Assembly (NCBI GenBank): GCA_013239625.1
Contig: MU054187.1
Coordinates: forward strand, 18,592,711 to 18,656,710
DNA length: 64,000 bases
DNA from: Lama guanicoe
Lineage: Eukaryota
Reading direction: 5' to 3'
The position numbers and the translations under genes were made by a program. Each line of letters begins with the position of its first letter. Position 1 is the first letter of the stretch. The notes beneath the pieces are model-generated. The model ran no database searches. It saw only the letters and a program-made list of their open reading frames with translations, and had not been told where the DNA came from. Positions 49,392 to 63,600 of the stretch are shown one piece after another.

Positions 49392-49572
49392 CCCCTACTA
49401 TGTGCCAGACATTCTCCTGTGCATTTCACACCAACTCTGTGGGGTAGGTTTTTTCACTACCCCTATTTTACAGATGAGAAAACTGAGGCACCCAGACGTT
49501 AGGTAACTTGCCCCAAACACGTAAGTGATGAAGCTAGGACTCAAACTCAGGTAGTCTGGTTCAAGTGCTCTC
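49392..49572 (-). mobile_element. MIR SINE
   Basis: TTTTACAGATGAGAAAACTGAGGCAC..GTTAGGTAACTTGCCCC. Confidence 0.85.
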
Positions 49573-51629
49573 AAGAAGCAAAAGCATGGAAGAAAACCTT
49601 CAGTGACCAATATCCCAGGAATAATGGGAGGAGAGAAAGTGGACATGACCAAACGCTACAGAGACTTACAAACAGGCCACTGGACTTGGTGTCCTGGTGA
49701 TCCTGCAGAGAAATTTCGGTCAGAGCAATGGTGGAAGACCGACAGCGGGAGCAGAGGCCAGTGGAAGGAAGAGAGGCTAGAAGTGAGTGAGCATGAGGTG
49801 GGGTGGGCTGGTCTGTATGGGCGTTTGTAGTGTGTGTGATGGATGAGATAAAGGAGGCAGTTCGGGGACCACATCCCTGACTCGGGAGTAGACTTCAATT
49901 TCTACACTGAATAATTTTGACTTTCTTTTAAAATATGTCAGCCTTCAGATTATAAATCTATATTAGGATTGTAGGCAATACTCCCTATGGAATGCCATTA
50001 CTTTCTCCCTTTATTTTCTACCCCCCACCCAAGGGGAAAAAGCCCACGTGGCACTGTGTGATAAGGATGGTAAGGAAAACTACCCTCTTTGGAACCCCCT
50101 TCTCCAAAACAAACATGCATAAACTAGGAAACCTATTCAAATTATTCCGACCTAAATGCAAATACTCTTTAAGTGATAAATGAGTTCCAGCCAGCTTCGT
50201 TACTTGACCTGTTGACTTGCAAAGAAATTCTCACTTGGCAGGAGCTCCAAACGTTTTGGGTGGAGTGTTTTTCTGCTCTCTCAAAATAACTGAAATTGAG
50301 TTCCTGTCCAGTAAACAGGGCAGAGGCCTGTTTTTCCCTCTGAGAAATGCTTTTTGAAATATTAAAGAGCAAGAATGAGAATTAGAATGAGAATGAGGCT
50401 TCATCCCCTCCCCTCAACCTATCTCCAAATATTTCCTGGTTGAGCCTTGAACTGGGAAAGCAAGAACCTGTCAAGAAATCTCAAGAATGCCTGAATTCTC
50501 TATCCTAGGGAGGGGGCGAGGGCAGGGACTGGATGCTAAAACGTGTCAAAAGGTCTATTTCAGTGATGTCATCTCTGTTCCATTTGGGACCTGTTCCTGC
50601 CACTCCTGTCCTCAGACCGAAGAGGTTTCACCAGAGCACCAGGAAATAATAGAATAGGTCAGTATTTGCCACGTATCCAGATAATTAACAACAATAAACA
50701 AATCTGTCATTTTATGAGTAGAGTTTAAGTTTTATGGTCCCTCCTCACAGAGGTGGGCGGTTTCTATAATTACAAGCTCAGGCTGAGGTTCTCCAACCAG
50801 TCCTGCTCCAACTTTAATGTTCACAAACCACCTGGGATCATATAAAACTACAGATTCTGACTTAACAGATCTGCGGTAGGGCCTGGACAAGCCCCAGATG
50901 ATGCCCGATGCTTGCCTTAGGATGAAGGGTTAAGCAAAGTCGAATACTCGTCATTGTACATGACCTTAGCACCTTCTAAATATCAATTTTGGAAAATAAG
51001 AGACAGATTCTGTAGCCAAAGGGTTTTGCTTCTTCGGTGTCTGTTTTTGTCTTCCTGCTATTCCTAGCCATTCACAAAGCAAGCAAGTTTAGACAGGAGA
51101 CAGAACTGGCTGTGTCACGACAGGTGTACACCTGCCCGTCCTTTCCAATGTGATAATCACTTAGAGTCTGGAATTACAATCATATAAACAGAGTCTGGAG
51201 CAACTGCTCAGTAATAAGGAAGTGAAACCAGGCCATGCCGTCTACAAGTATTAATAATGTATTAAGGGCACAGTGGTCTCTACGCTGAGGTCACTGGAAG
51301 ACAGAGAGGTTTTGCCCCAGCTAAATGTTTCCAATTTGCTGACTGAGCTTAAAGAGAGCTCTGCAGGAGGGAAGAAATGCACCCGACTGTCAGAAAGGAA
51401 CTAATGAACCGAAGGACCAAATTTTAATTTGGAAAAATTTTCACAATGCTCACACTGCTATTCTCAGCAACTAGAGGCTCAGAGGGAACACTCTTCCTTA
51501 ATGGAATGAGTGTAGCTGGAGAATGGTAGGCACTTATGTAAAATTAACATTTGTCCGTGAATTTCAATCGTCATTTGTTTAAGCTACTGATCTCCTAAGT
51601 TCAAACACATTTTCACAACCCTGCATTTT

Positions 51630-52120
51630 TACTACCCCTCCAACCTCTACTGGTTTGGACAACATACTTTACATCTTTTTGTTTGTGTAGCGCTTAACTA
51701 CTTACTGTGGATATAGATGATTTTCTTTTTTATGTCTTTTAACCTTCCTACTAGCTTTGTGCGAGGAGGATTCCCAACCTTCACTGTATATTTGCCTTTA
51801 CCAATGATGTTTTCCCTTTTGTAATTTTCATGTTTCTAGTTGTGGCCTTTTCTGCTTAGAGAAATCCCCTTAACATTTCTTGGTGGGGGCTGGGGGGACA
51901 TAGCTCAGTGGTAGAGCTCACACCTAGCACGCCTGAGGTCCTGGGTTCAATCCCTTGTATTTCCATTTAAAAAAAAATCTTGTAAAGCTGGTTTGGTGGT
52001 GCTGAACTCTTTTATCTTTTCCTTGTCTGTAAAACTTTTGACCTCTCCATAAGAACAGAATGAAAGCCTGGCCATGTAGAGTGTCCCTTTCAACATTTTA
52101 TACCGTGCCACTCCCTTCTG
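51630..52120 (-). mobile_element. Old L1 internal fragment
   Basis: TTTCTAGTTGTGGCCTTTTC..CCCTTAACATTTCTTG[SINE]TAAAGCTGGTTTGGTGGTGCTGAACTC. Confidence 0.7.
51885..51977 (+). mobile_element. Camelid SINE nested in an old L1
   Basis: TAGCTCAGTGGTAGAGC..GGTTCAATCCC with a poly(A) tail. Confidence 0.85.
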
Positions 52121-52339
52121 AAAGCTGATTTCAAGGAAGGAGCGAGTGCCTGGAGTCAGGTCAAGCTGGGTATCAGTGATAGCCCCATGGCTCCCTGGCT
52201 GGCTCCCCTTTGACCAGTTTCTTCACCAGCATAAGCCTCAGTTTTCTCATCTGTAAAACTGGGCTAATATCTACCTACTCCTATAGAGTTGTTGCAAACA
52301 GCCTAGAACTAGAGCCCTAATATGCTTACTGGGTGCATA

Positions 52340-52900
52340 TGCTAAGCATGCTCCAGGCAACTCTTAGTGGGCTCCTGGATGGCTTCAGGATGGAGGCTGG
52401 TCACCAGAAGGACCAAGCCATGATCAGAAGCTTAGAACTTTCAGACCCACCCTCAGTACCTCAGGGAGGGGAGCGAGACTGAAGACTAAATTAATATTCA
52501 CTAATATTTGCTCATGCCTACATGATGGAGGCACCATCCATAAACTAAAGGATTCAGGAGGCTTCCAGGTTAGTGAGCGCACTGAGGTGCTGGGAGGGTG
52601 GTATTCCCAGAGGAAGCATGGAAACTCCACGCTCTTTCCTCATATCTTGTCCCACATCCTTCTTCATCTGCCTGTTCATCTCTATCCTTTATTATATCCT
52701 TTACAAGAAACCAGTAAATGTATGCGTGTGTTTCCCTAAGTTCTGTGAGCCATTCTAGCAAATTACGGAACTTGAGAAGGGGGTTGTGGGAACCCCCAAT
52801 TTACAGCTGACTAGTCAGAAGTACAGAAAGCCTGAATTGCGACTGACAACTAAAGTAGCAGGTGGGGGAGAGTCTCATGGGACTGAGCCTTTAACCTGTG
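52340..52900 (+). mobile_element. MER21-like ERV LTR
   Basis: CTTCAGGATGGAGGCTGGTCACCAGAAGGACCAAGCCATGAT..TTTCCCTAAGTTCTGTGAGCCATTCTAGCAAATTA. Confidence 0.8.
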
Positions 52901-53334
52901 GGTGGATAAAGGTTTCGTAGCAAGAGTCGATGGGCCAATGCTAAACAGTGCATCTCCTCCAACTCCAACTCAACAGTGTTGGGATTTGGCCACATTCAGT
53001 CTTCCTTGGGATTCAGTACCCTGCAGGGACCCCTATAAGAAGACTTAACTCTTAAAGACATGGTGCTCAGTGGCCACTCACAGCCATCCATCTCCTTACA
53101 GCTACTCTATGTAGTGATCATCTACACCAAATGGCATAAGACACGTTGGCTCATTTTCCCAGCCAAAAACCAACACGTTTTCTCTCAGTGAACTACCGTA
53201 TCCTAGTCTTCTCACCCTACCTGTCCCTAGGGAGAACTCTTCGCGCAGCTCAGAGGGAGAGGAAGCCTGAATAGAATGATTGTTCCCCTGACTGACTTGA
53301 GAACCTCTAACTCCTAACTAAGGCACCGACTTTA

Positions 53335-53410
53335 TTTTTTAATATATTTTTATTGAAGTATAGCCAGTATACAATGTTGTGTCAGTTTCTGGTGTACAGC
53401 ACAATGCTGC
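53335..53410 (-). mobile_element. Short L1 3' end with a degenerate TSD
   Basis: TTTTTATTGAAGTATAG..GTTTCTGGTGTACAGC, flanked by aaggcaccgacttt/aaggtattgacttt. Confidence 0.75.
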
Positions 53411-54104
53411 AAGGTATTGACTTTCCAACATTGCTATTGACATCAGAAACACACAGACACACACAACTGACAGTTAAAACTGAATTTTCAGAAAAGAATG
53501 CTCACCATTACAACGTGCAAGGCATTTTAGTATAATTCTGTTCTGCTGCTTAAAACAAAACAAAGCAAAACAAAACACCAGCCAGTCAGAAGGCACACCC
53601 AGTAACGGGTCCCAACACGCAGTGTAAAAAGTGCACCCTAAGACGTACTCCTAACACTCAGCAACTCCTCCTGAAATCCTCCTAGTTAGAGACAAAGTGA
53701 AAAAGGAAGAACCGAAAATAATACATTTCCCTCAGCCCCAATCACGTGTGAAGTCTTAGTTTTACTTCCCCACGGTCATAAACGACACATTAATGCCTAA
53801 GCTTCTCTCTAATCGAGGACAACCCAGGCAGCTTCTATTCAAATGCAGCTAACTACCAGGCTCTAAAATTCTTCTTCCAGTCATACTACTGGAAAATCCA
53901 CACACAGCCCTCACGAAAATCCCTGTATCACTCTTACCAACTCTGGCTCAAAGGCAAATTTTCAATCGTGTCAAGCTTTTTAAAAGGAAGTAGGAAGGCA
54001 GCAAAATAAAACATCAGCAAAAAACTAAACATGCTTGGATAGAGGACAGTGAAACACGTTTCTGTACTTCCACGAAATGGACCACCAGTTGGAGTTAAAA
54101 AGAG

Positions 54105-54345
54105 TAAAATCAATCCACAGAGACAGAAAGTAGATTAGTGGTTGCCCGGGGGTGGGAATGCAGAGTGACTGCAAATAGGCATTGGGCTGATGGAAACGTT
54201 CTAAAACTGGGTTGTGGTGAGAGCTGCATGACTCTAAGTTTACTAAAAGTCACTGAACTGTACACTTAAAACTAATAACTTTTAAGGTAAACTATAGTAA
54301 TTATTTACTGCAAATTATACCTCAATAATGCTGTTTAAAAAAATC
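54105..54345 (+). mobile_element. L1MB-like 3' end
   Basis: AGACAGAAAGTAGATTAGTGGTTGCC..CACTGAACTGTACACTTAAAA..ATACCTCAATAA. Confidence 0.8.
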
Positions 54346-54402
54346 CATGTGTGTTAGACAAGGGAAAACATCCAAGAAAATCCGTATTAGTTAAATTACT
54401 CA

Positions 54403-54824
54403 TTGCAGCAACATGGATGGACCTGGATCGTCATTCTAAGTGAAGTAAGTCAGAAAAGGAAAGAAAAATACCATATGATATCACTCATCTGTGGAATCGG
54501 GAAAAAAGAAACCACATATGAATTTATTTACAAAACAGAAACAGACTCACAGACATAGAACAAACTTATGATTACCAGGAGGGAAAGAAGGTGGGAAGGG
54601 ATAAACTGGGAGTTCTGGATTTGCAGATACTAACTACTATATATAAAACATATAAACAGAAAGTTAATACTGTATAGCACAGGGAACTATATTCAGTATC
54701 TTATAGTAACCTATAATGAAAAATATGAAAATGAATACATGTATGTGTATGACTGAAACATTACGCTGTACACCAGAAATTTACACAACATTGTAAACTG
54801 ACTATACTTCAATTAAAAAAAAAA
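54403..54824 (+). mobile_element. Cetartiodactyl-type L1 3' region
   Basis: GCAGCAACATGGATGGACCTGGA..ACAGACTCACAGACATAGAA..CTATACTTCAATTAAAAAAAAAA. Confidence 0.9.
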
Positions 54825-56249
54825 TCAAAGTGTAGAGTAATGTGCATGACGTGTTCCCATTTGGATTTTTTTAACGGTTATACACATTTCCTGCATGGAA
54901 ATTTCTGGAAGGGCATACAAACAGCTTGGTCAAGACAGCTGTATCTGGAAAAATGGGTTGAGGATGACAGCATTTGATTTTAACTGCATATCCCTTTGTA
55001 CTGTTTGAAATCTTTCACCTTGAGCATGTATCATTTTTCGTAAGTATGAAAATGAGTTGGTTAGAAGCATCAGAAGCAGGACTCCCCAGTAGTCCCGGGT
55101 GAATATGGTCCTGGTCACTGCTGTCCTCTGAGGGACAGGCTAGTTTGGCCCTTCAGAATTAAGTATTTCTCAGTAGAAGACTATGTTAAACAGGTGACTG
55201 TCTTTGACCATAAGATACCAACAGTGACAAAATCTTGTCTGAATCCTTACTGCATAATACCCAACAGGAAGAGACTCTGAACGCCCTTTGAAGAGGAAAA
55301 TGTGGTTTCATAAGATTTAGTAGTCAGTTTCTGCAGGTGCAGCTTTTACAGGTGCTGGAGCAAAACTCAGAGCGGTTTATGCTTTGCAATCACCAATCTG
55401 AAAAGGCACTGGATATGTTCTGTGTGAATACAGGACCCTACGCATCTAGGGAATTGAAAATACACTCCTCGTGAAGATTTATCAGAATAAGAAGAATACA
55501 CAAATGAAAAAACTATAAATGAACCCAAAAAGGCCACCAAATGCCACACTCCCAGAGCTCATTAGCAGATCTTGGCAGCTGCCCAGATCTAGGCCTGGGT
55601 TCTGCCTTCCGGCCTCACCTAATTTCTTGCCTCTTCAACTGGCAACTCAAGGACACTCTGAAAATTAAGAACTTGTGGCTCACCGCATCCCCCCTCCCCA
55701 GCTTCCCCAAATCCGGCCTCTTCTGGCCGTCAGCCCACTCTGTCATCACATGGCTTCCTGATTTAGAAGGCCAACGTAACCAGAATCTGGACCATAAAAT
55801 ACTAGCACCCCAGACTTTCAAACATGAGACTCATGTCTAACCTACAGCGAAGATCACCTACGGCCCCTCCCACCCAGATCCTCACCCGCTTGTGGTACCT
55901 CTTCTTTCTCCCATGCCACCCTGACAAAGGTCCACCATCACTGCCATCTGTTGCCACAGGACCCCCTCCCTACAAAGCCTGCCTCTGCACCTGCACCAGC
56001 CCCTCCCCGGGAGACAGGGGACCTGTTATAGGGGCAGGAGCCCACCCTGTCCTGATACCGCCCCCTGGAGTTTTACCCCCACCACTGCAGCCCCTACTTC
56101 CACACTCAACCATCTGTGCAACGTGGATGATCTCAAATTACCGTGAGTCACCTGTACGCACTGAACAGCTACTGTGTCCAAGACACCGGGGAGGAAGGGC
56201 AATGATGGGATTTGGGGAGCTAACACTTACGACAGTGTTTTGTTTTGCT

Positions 56250-56415
56250 TTGTTTTCAATAGCAGTTTATTGAGACATAATTCACAAACCACAAAATCCA
56301 CCCTTTAGAAAGGGTACAATTCAGTAGTTTTTAGTAGGCACAGAATTGTGAAACTATCGCCAGGATCTAATTGTAGAACATTTCACCTCCCCAGAAGGAA
56401 ACCCTGTACCCATTT
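56250..56415 (-). mobile_element. L1M 3' end fragment
   Basis: TTTATTGAGACATAATTCAC..GTACAATTCAGTAGTTTTTAGTA. Confidence 0.75.
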
Positions 56416-57847
56416 GCATCTACGATAGTGCTTTTATGAAAAAAAACTTTTTTTCAGAGTTTCAGACTTGAAAACTTTAGAACATTTAAAATTATAAAAC
56501 AGTCATGTTATCCAAAAAACTGTACAGTATGTGATCTAGATTAATACGGTTAATAATCACCCAGTGTTGGGCATATGTAACTTAAAGGGTGGAGGTAAAA
56601 TTTTCCTTTGGGGGAAAAATTCAGTACAACTATTAAAATAACAGCAGTTTGTTTGGATAGTGCCTCATGGCTTACAAATACACAGCTTTTTTCTATCCTC
56701 CCCAGCACCCGGATGGGTATAGAGGGCGTGTACAAGTGAAGTTCAGGGGTGCACACCTGCCCCACACAGTCACTCAGGCAGGTCCCCAGCCCAGCTCTTC
56801 TGACTCAGTCTTTTTCCTGGACTGACCCTCTCTCCCTGTTCCTCCAGGGAGCAGTGCACCGCCAGCGCAGTGAGAAGCCCCTGCGTGACGGTTAAGCAAC
56901 TCCAATTTCATATCTGCCTGGAAAAGAAGAAAAGAAACCTATTCATACTCTGGACACAACAAAACGCCTTTGTTTTACGCCGAGGCCCCAGAGATGGTGT
57001 CAGCACTGGTCCAGCTGTGGTCCACAGACGGCCGATGCAAAGGCTTTTCTTTGTCTGGCGTCAGGAACGTGAACCCTCTCCAAAGCCCACATCCCTGGTT
57101 GTCCTGCGGTCACCCCAACAGCAGCAGGGGAGCCTGACTGACAAGGAGAAGGACCTGGGCCTTGCCCAAACGGCTGGGAAGACAGGCGAGAGTCAGACAC
57201 ATTTAATTAAAATGCGATATAAATTCTAATTACTTAAACTTCTAATTGTCCCCAGAATCACATCATTTCTTACTCACCAAGTGCTTAATATAACCTGAAC
57301 CACTGGGAACACCCGGCTCCACCTGGTGAACTGGAGAAAACAGCTCACTTTTTCCAGGAACGTTAACTCATTTTTCAGGCACGGAATAGTTATTTAGTGG
57401 GTTTGCTCATTAGTCACTAAGCCTTAAATAGCCTGAAAGAGATTAACGAGTCTCTGAGAAGTAATCCATTGTAAGTAACAATGGCTGGGGCTTCAGAAAA
57501 CACCCACAGTGCAGGACACCTAACACCGCCACACACTTGGATACACACCACACACACACACAATTCCACACTTATGCTGTGGCTTGGCTACAAATGGTAA
57601 CAGATTCTACACACTACCACATAAATAAGATGGTTAGACTCACCACAATCTAGGAAATCAGACACTTTTACCATCCTCTATTCCTGCACCACTCAAAAAA
57701 CAGAAAAAAAGCTGGTGGGGTCAACCCTACCATACCAACTAGTGAGGCCACCTCAACTTCTACCTTCAAATCCAGTATTCATAACAAATTCTGTCATCCT
57801 GGCAGGAAGAATAAGCCAAGAAAGACACTGCCAAGGACAACACGTTT

Positions 57848-57874
57848 GTGTGTGTGTGTGCGTGTGTGTGTGTG
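57848..57874. repeat. (TG)n microsatellite, interrupted
   Basis: Read directly from the sequence. Confidence 0.9.
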
Positions 57875-58239
57875 TAGAGGAAGGCCCACAGCAGTCCACA
57901 GCGCTACACAGCGTGTATGAGCCACACCACCCCACTGTGAACAACACCTGGACCATTTCCTTCAGACACGAACCCCACCTCTATACCTACAAATGTGACT
58001 TAGCTCCGCAGCTGGTGGTAACCTCTGAACTCCCATATTTGTCATCTGTACCTTTGTATGCATAGTGCTTTCCACCTGGGGTCATAGTTATGTATAAAAT
58101 GAAATTCCCCAACTAGACTAAGCTGTTTGAAGGTTAGCTCCACATCCCACTCCTACCCTTCTGAACTCACACATCATCAACTTCACCTCCCAGACACCTC
58201 TCCCTGTTCCCAGAGGCTCTGCATTTTCTCAACACACAC

Positions 58240-58667
58240 TACTTCCCAGGCCATCTCTAGGGGAGCCACAGGATGGTTCCCAAGATGGCAGCCAGCGATG
58301 GGTGGTAGCCACACCTTGAGTCATCCCCTCCCACATGGTACCAGGGACGGTCTGCCTGAACTATAGAACACAGCTCCTGGGTTCTCTCTGGGATCATTTG
58401 CTCTGAGGGAACCCATGTCCCTGGCAGCCTGTGAGGCCCGTGGAGTGAGGACACCTCCTGCCAAAGATGACCCAAGTCAAGCTTCAGAACGACTAAAGCC
58501 CCAGCCAACAATTTTACTGCAACATCGTGGGAAGCCATGAGCCAGAACCACGTAGCTAGCCAGTCTCAGATTCCTGGCCTGCAGAAACTGTGAGAGAGAA
58601 CGAATGTTCGGGATTTTTTTTTAGCTGCTAAATTTTGGGGTAATATGTTAGGGAACAATAAATACTA
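58240..58667 (+). mobile_element. MLT1 (MLT1F-like) LTR remnant
   Basis: TGAGCCAGAACCAC..AGATTCCTGGCCTGCAGAAACTGTGAGAG..GCTGCTAAATTTTGGGGTAAT. Confidence 0.7.
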
Positions 58668-59971
58668 CAGCAATCTCCATGTCGTCTTTATGGGAATGCT
58701 CTTCCTGAGGCCCCAACGATCAAAATTTCCAAAGAGGAGATCCAGTGAATGTGGCTTAGCTCTTATGAAAACGCTCCGGACTCTTCCCTCACCAGAATCA
58801 ATTACTCCTTCCTCTCAATTCAAATTGCGCAGGTCACTATTTAACACTGAGGCTATCCCGTCCTGTGCTGCAACGAAGGCTCAGGGGTCTACATCCCACA
58901 AGCTCTCTGTGGCACAGATCGGGTCTCCATCATTTCACGGAGATCAGTTTGGCCTCATCAAATCAGGGATTCTCACCCATCCCATGCCTGTGTACAGAAA
59001 ACATGAGAAAGTAATTCTACTGGACTTTAGTCAGGGTTGGGCTAGTCCCCAGTGATAAAGACTTGATTATCCCCAGAGAAGCCTGGTCTGGTCAGGGACC
59101 ACAATTTGAAAATGGGGAGTGTCAGAGAGAGGGAAAAAAACGCAATCAGATTGGGCCTGGGCAGAAGTCAACCTTCCCTTCCCTTCCCTGTCCCTATGCT
59201 TTCCCTGGCAACCCCATCAAAAAGGAATGAGGAAGGAGGACTCACTGATAGAAACATGGTGTCTGCACACTCACAGTGCAGAGAAGAGACGGAGAGCGGG
59301 CTGTCCAGGAGTCAGCAGAACAACACCTCCGTGTCAGCTGCGTCAGCTTCCAGCAGCTGGAGGTCACCGCCACGCAGCGTGACCTTGGGCATCAGACTGA
59401 TTGGGGTCTGCACCTGGATCCCACATTTAGGGACCATAAGACCTAGGGAAAAAGCATCCAGTTCTTGGAATTTCAGATCTCCTGCCTGTAAATTACTACA
59501 GATTACTCAGGCAGCTGTTGACAAGACTAAATGAGCTCAATCTACAAGTCCATGTGCAACACCCAGAAGAGGGGTGGTCCACTCACCCACTCCCGCTCCC
59601 CTCACTGAAGCCAGCCTCCAGGGAAGCTGAACCCCAGATGGGAGGGTCTAAGCCCTAACATGAGGACCCCAAGTCAAGTCATCTCTGCTTGCCTTTGATG
59701 CTAGAATCCCAAAAGAGGCTCTCAGGCTGGGGAGACAACCCCCAAATTCACATGTATACTTACATACAGCCCCAATTTAAAATCTGGCTCCTTTTGAACA
59801 TACATTTTCTCTTTGACTAGAACTCACTAAAACTTAGCAAAAGGGCACCTGTAAGCATAGTCTAAGCTAGTTACATGCAGCATCACACCATAAAACTTAT
59901 TGGACCTAATTCATACGCTAGCATACCTCACCTGACTTACCTTCCTTAGGTGCCAGAGCCATGGATTCATT

Positions 59972-59973
<2 letters not shown>

Positions 59974-60023
<50 letters not shown>
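59974..60023. repeat. (GT)25 microsatellite (approximate count)
   Basis: Read directly from the sequence. Confidence 0.96.
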
Positions 60024-60026
<3 letters not shown>

Positions 60027-63000
60027 GCACAATGCCCACCACTTTAAAAGCAACCAATTGATACATCAACCAAAAATTATCATTTCTAGGACTTATAAGT
60101 ATCACATAACCCTACTCTGGGGACTAAGAAAGTATAAACATTAAAAAAACCTCCTAAGGACTGGATAGTTCAATTCTCAACACAAAGCACATTTGTTAAG
60201 GGTTTATTAGGATTCTAGTACATCTCACTGTATTAGGCACCAAAGCAGACAAAAAGAAGCAAAACACTTTTCAAAAACATGTTATTTATAGCAAAATAAA
60301 CAAACAAACAAATAAATAAAGTATGAAAAGCAAAAAAACCCATGCAATTTGTGCTCTCATAACATTTATGAAATATAAAGATTAAATTTTTAAACAATCT
60401 CAAAAGTTCATTTGTGCGTTAATCTGTAAGGTGAAATCCATGTAAAAGATTGCAAAATTTAAATTACATGTGACACATTTTGTAATTAGCTTTTAAAAAA
60501 AAATTCAAGATGTAGTCGAAACCAAACCAGGGCCATCAAGCTTTGTCAAATGAAAGCAGCCCCTGACAGGCAAACGTATATTGTAGTATTTTGACCTTTT
60601 ATCTACTATGAAGAATCTCATGATAATATTACAATTAGTCAGTAAATTACATCTTAATTTTACCAACATACAAAACAAGGATTTTGCAACAGGAAGCCAA
60701 TTCAGACTGAAATAACACAGTACTTAAAAGAATACGGAACAGTTTAAAACGGTAGACATATTACAATATGGGAAACCATAAAGAAACTGATCAATACTCT
60801 TCACAACCAACAGGGCTCTTCAAGCTGAGGTTAAATGACCTTGAGCTCCCGCCCCCTCTTCCTGAAGGGCCTGAGTGTCTTGTCGCACAGCTGAGACCAG
60901 CACCCACCTCTCCATGGCAACTGCAGCCAAGCCCTTCCGGGCTAGAAGGGGTATCAGATGCCTCCCTCATGTGAAATATTGATTAGCTTGTTCATAGGAT
61001 GCACACCGACTCGGAGCCCAACACTCTTCCTTCAAAGACACCTTTTCTACACACTATTGTAAATCAACTACACTTCAATTTGAAAAAATAAAAATAAAGC
61101 ACACCGTTCCTAACAGATTCACTGGAATAAAACAGAAAGAAAGTATCCACAACTGGTTCCCTGGGACAGGCAGGTGTTGGAAAGTCCCTTTTACATGGAA
61201 TTTGTGTCTATTTCTTTACATGGCATTCAGTGCCCATTCTCACCAAACCTAGTGGTTTTCAGATTTTTTTAGGTCATCTCAATTCCCTCAAGCACCTCAT
61301 CCAATAAGTTGTAACAGAAAAAACAATTTTTAATAAAGCACTGTATCTACTTAAAATCTAATAACCCCTTAGGTCTTGGTTGTTTGGAAAGAGTTAGCAT
61401 TGTAATGAGTTACTCTGTGGGTTATTTTTTAATCTGTTTCCACCCCCAGGAGGTTGACAATGCACAGCTGTCACAGGCTCAGCTGAAGGACTCCCGGAGG
61501 AGGCTGCCCTGCATCTGGGAAGTCCTCATGTTAAAACCAGCACACATTTTATCACTCATTAAAGGATGTTCACATACCAAAGCAAAAGTGCAAAAGTAGG
61601 TAACAGAGATGCAGGTTTCCTGAATGATAGAAAGGCCTGCCTTTGCTTTAAGAGCAGATTCTCCCAAGAAGTTCAGAAACACAATGGTGATCTTGTTTCA
61701 GCCCAGCTTGGGGCCAGAAGTAAGTGATATGAGTAAAGATTTTGCTGGCAAGTGATCTCGGAGCAGGCGTGGCAGCTGTCTCCATAAAAATCTGCACACA
61801 TTTTCGAGGGAAAGCAGAAAGAAGCTGGACCATCAGGGAGCTGCTGAGATGCAGGAACTCCTTCTCGGCTTCTCTTCATCTGGGACCTCGCTCAGAGTGC
61901 CTGGCACGCGGCAGGTGCTCAAAGAGGGGAATGAGTGACTCTAAGAGTCCCGAGAATTCTTCTCCATCAGGAGAGCTACACATTCCAGGACCACCCCGAC
62001 CACAGCAGGCAGGTTAGATGGCAGCACCACGGAGGGTCTGACACACCAGGAAAGACTAATACAGACACCGAATCTTTCGTTCAAGAAACTGACCGGTTCC
62101 TCCACTTCCTACAACCCCAGACGAAATCAACATTTTCACTTGTCTGAAGCAAAGGAGAAAACAGACACGATTTTCTTGAGGCTGAACTTAAAAGTCACAA
62201 CCTTTATTCTGGGTATTCTTCCAGATTTTGGAGGGGCTGGAGGGGTGATGGAAAATATATTTAATTTTAGAAACGGCAGCTTTTTGTTGGTTGCTTTCAA
62301 TGACTTGGCAAAATAAGGCTCTGACAATCCAGCTTGAGCTCCCTATTCCCAGATCTAATTTTACCATCTGTGAAATCCGAAGTAGTAGGAATGGTAGTGT
62401 TAGGGTGTAACACCCACTTACCGCCATAACTCACATATGAGTGCAGCCCCACTGATACCTGCTGACTCACCGGACACACATCACTGCCCAGGACAGAACA
62501 GAAAAAGGGGAATAACTGGTTTAGAAGGCGGAGGGCACGAGGAACGCCGTTTGGCTACAAATAGAGAGTCTGATGCGGGCAAAGAACATCCAGACTGGAG
62601 AAGTCCACCAATGACTCCACCTTAAAGACACATGTGGACCTAAACCCTCTAGAAACGATATGAGCCATTGTTACTGAGGGCAATTCTCATCCATCAAGTG
62701 TATTGAGGGGGGAAAAAACAGTTGAGTGTCACTGTTTTAGGAAGTCCACAAAAAATGAAAAAAAAGCCAGCAGCCCGAAGCTCATTTCAGGTTGAAACTG
62801 AAAAGAGCCCAGTCTGCACATTTTTATAATTTTCCTAGCAACTCTGGCTTTAGCCCCCGATTAGGGGGAGAATGAAACAAGTTACCCAGGGCTGGGCATT
62901 AATGTGGCGATAATCACAGAGAGTCAGGGTGACATCGTCTATTAGAACAAACATGAACGTAAAAATACACACATGCAGCAATTTCCCTTCTCCGTATTAC

Positions 63001-63244
63001 CCTAGACAAACCCGCGCGCATAAAGCAGGAATAAAAAAAGATGCTCCAGTGCACCATTTGTTTGTAACAGTTTTTAAAAATATTATAATAAACCAAAACG
63101 TCCACTAAAGGAGGTCAAACTAAGGCCTATTTATACCCTGGAACACTATGCAGCAGTAAAGAAGGATGAAACGATCGACCCGCACCAGCACCGAAAGCTC
63201 TCCACGACACAGAGCTGGTGACAAATACAGAAGCATTTGTTCTA

Positions 63245-63386
63245 TTTTTTTAAATCTGTTCTGTTTGTTTGGTGGGGAGGCAATTACACTTATTTATTTA
63301 TTATTTTTTTATGGAAGTACTGGGGGTTGAACCCAGGACCTCGTGCATACTAAGCAGGCACTCTACCATTGAGCTATACCCTCCCC
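63245..63386 (-). mobile_element. Camelid SINE
   Basis: Reverse-complement SINE body and tail. Confidence 0.88.
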
Positions 63387-63437
63387 ACTGACAGCATTTA
63401 TTTTAAAAGGCGCATACACACAAATCAATTCCATGAG

Positions 63438-63600
63438 TGTTCCCAAAGTGTGGTCCCTGGACTAGAAACATCAGCATCACCTGGGAACTTGCCCAAAATG
63501 CAAATTCGCAGGCCTTCCCCCTAAATGACTGAATCAGCGATATGGGTCTGGCAGTGTGTGTTTGTGCAAGCCCTCGATGCAAGGAAAAGCTTGAGGGCTG
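63438..63600. mobile_element. MER5A-like remnant
   Basis: CAAAGTGTGGTCCCTGGAC..CATCAGCATCACCTGGGAACTTG..ATGCAAATTC. Confidence 0.75.

Noticed and set aside
49148..49506. His-rich and Asp/Gly-rich ORFs
   Set aside because: They arise from a degenerate (GAT/GGT)n low-complexity tract next to a MIR.
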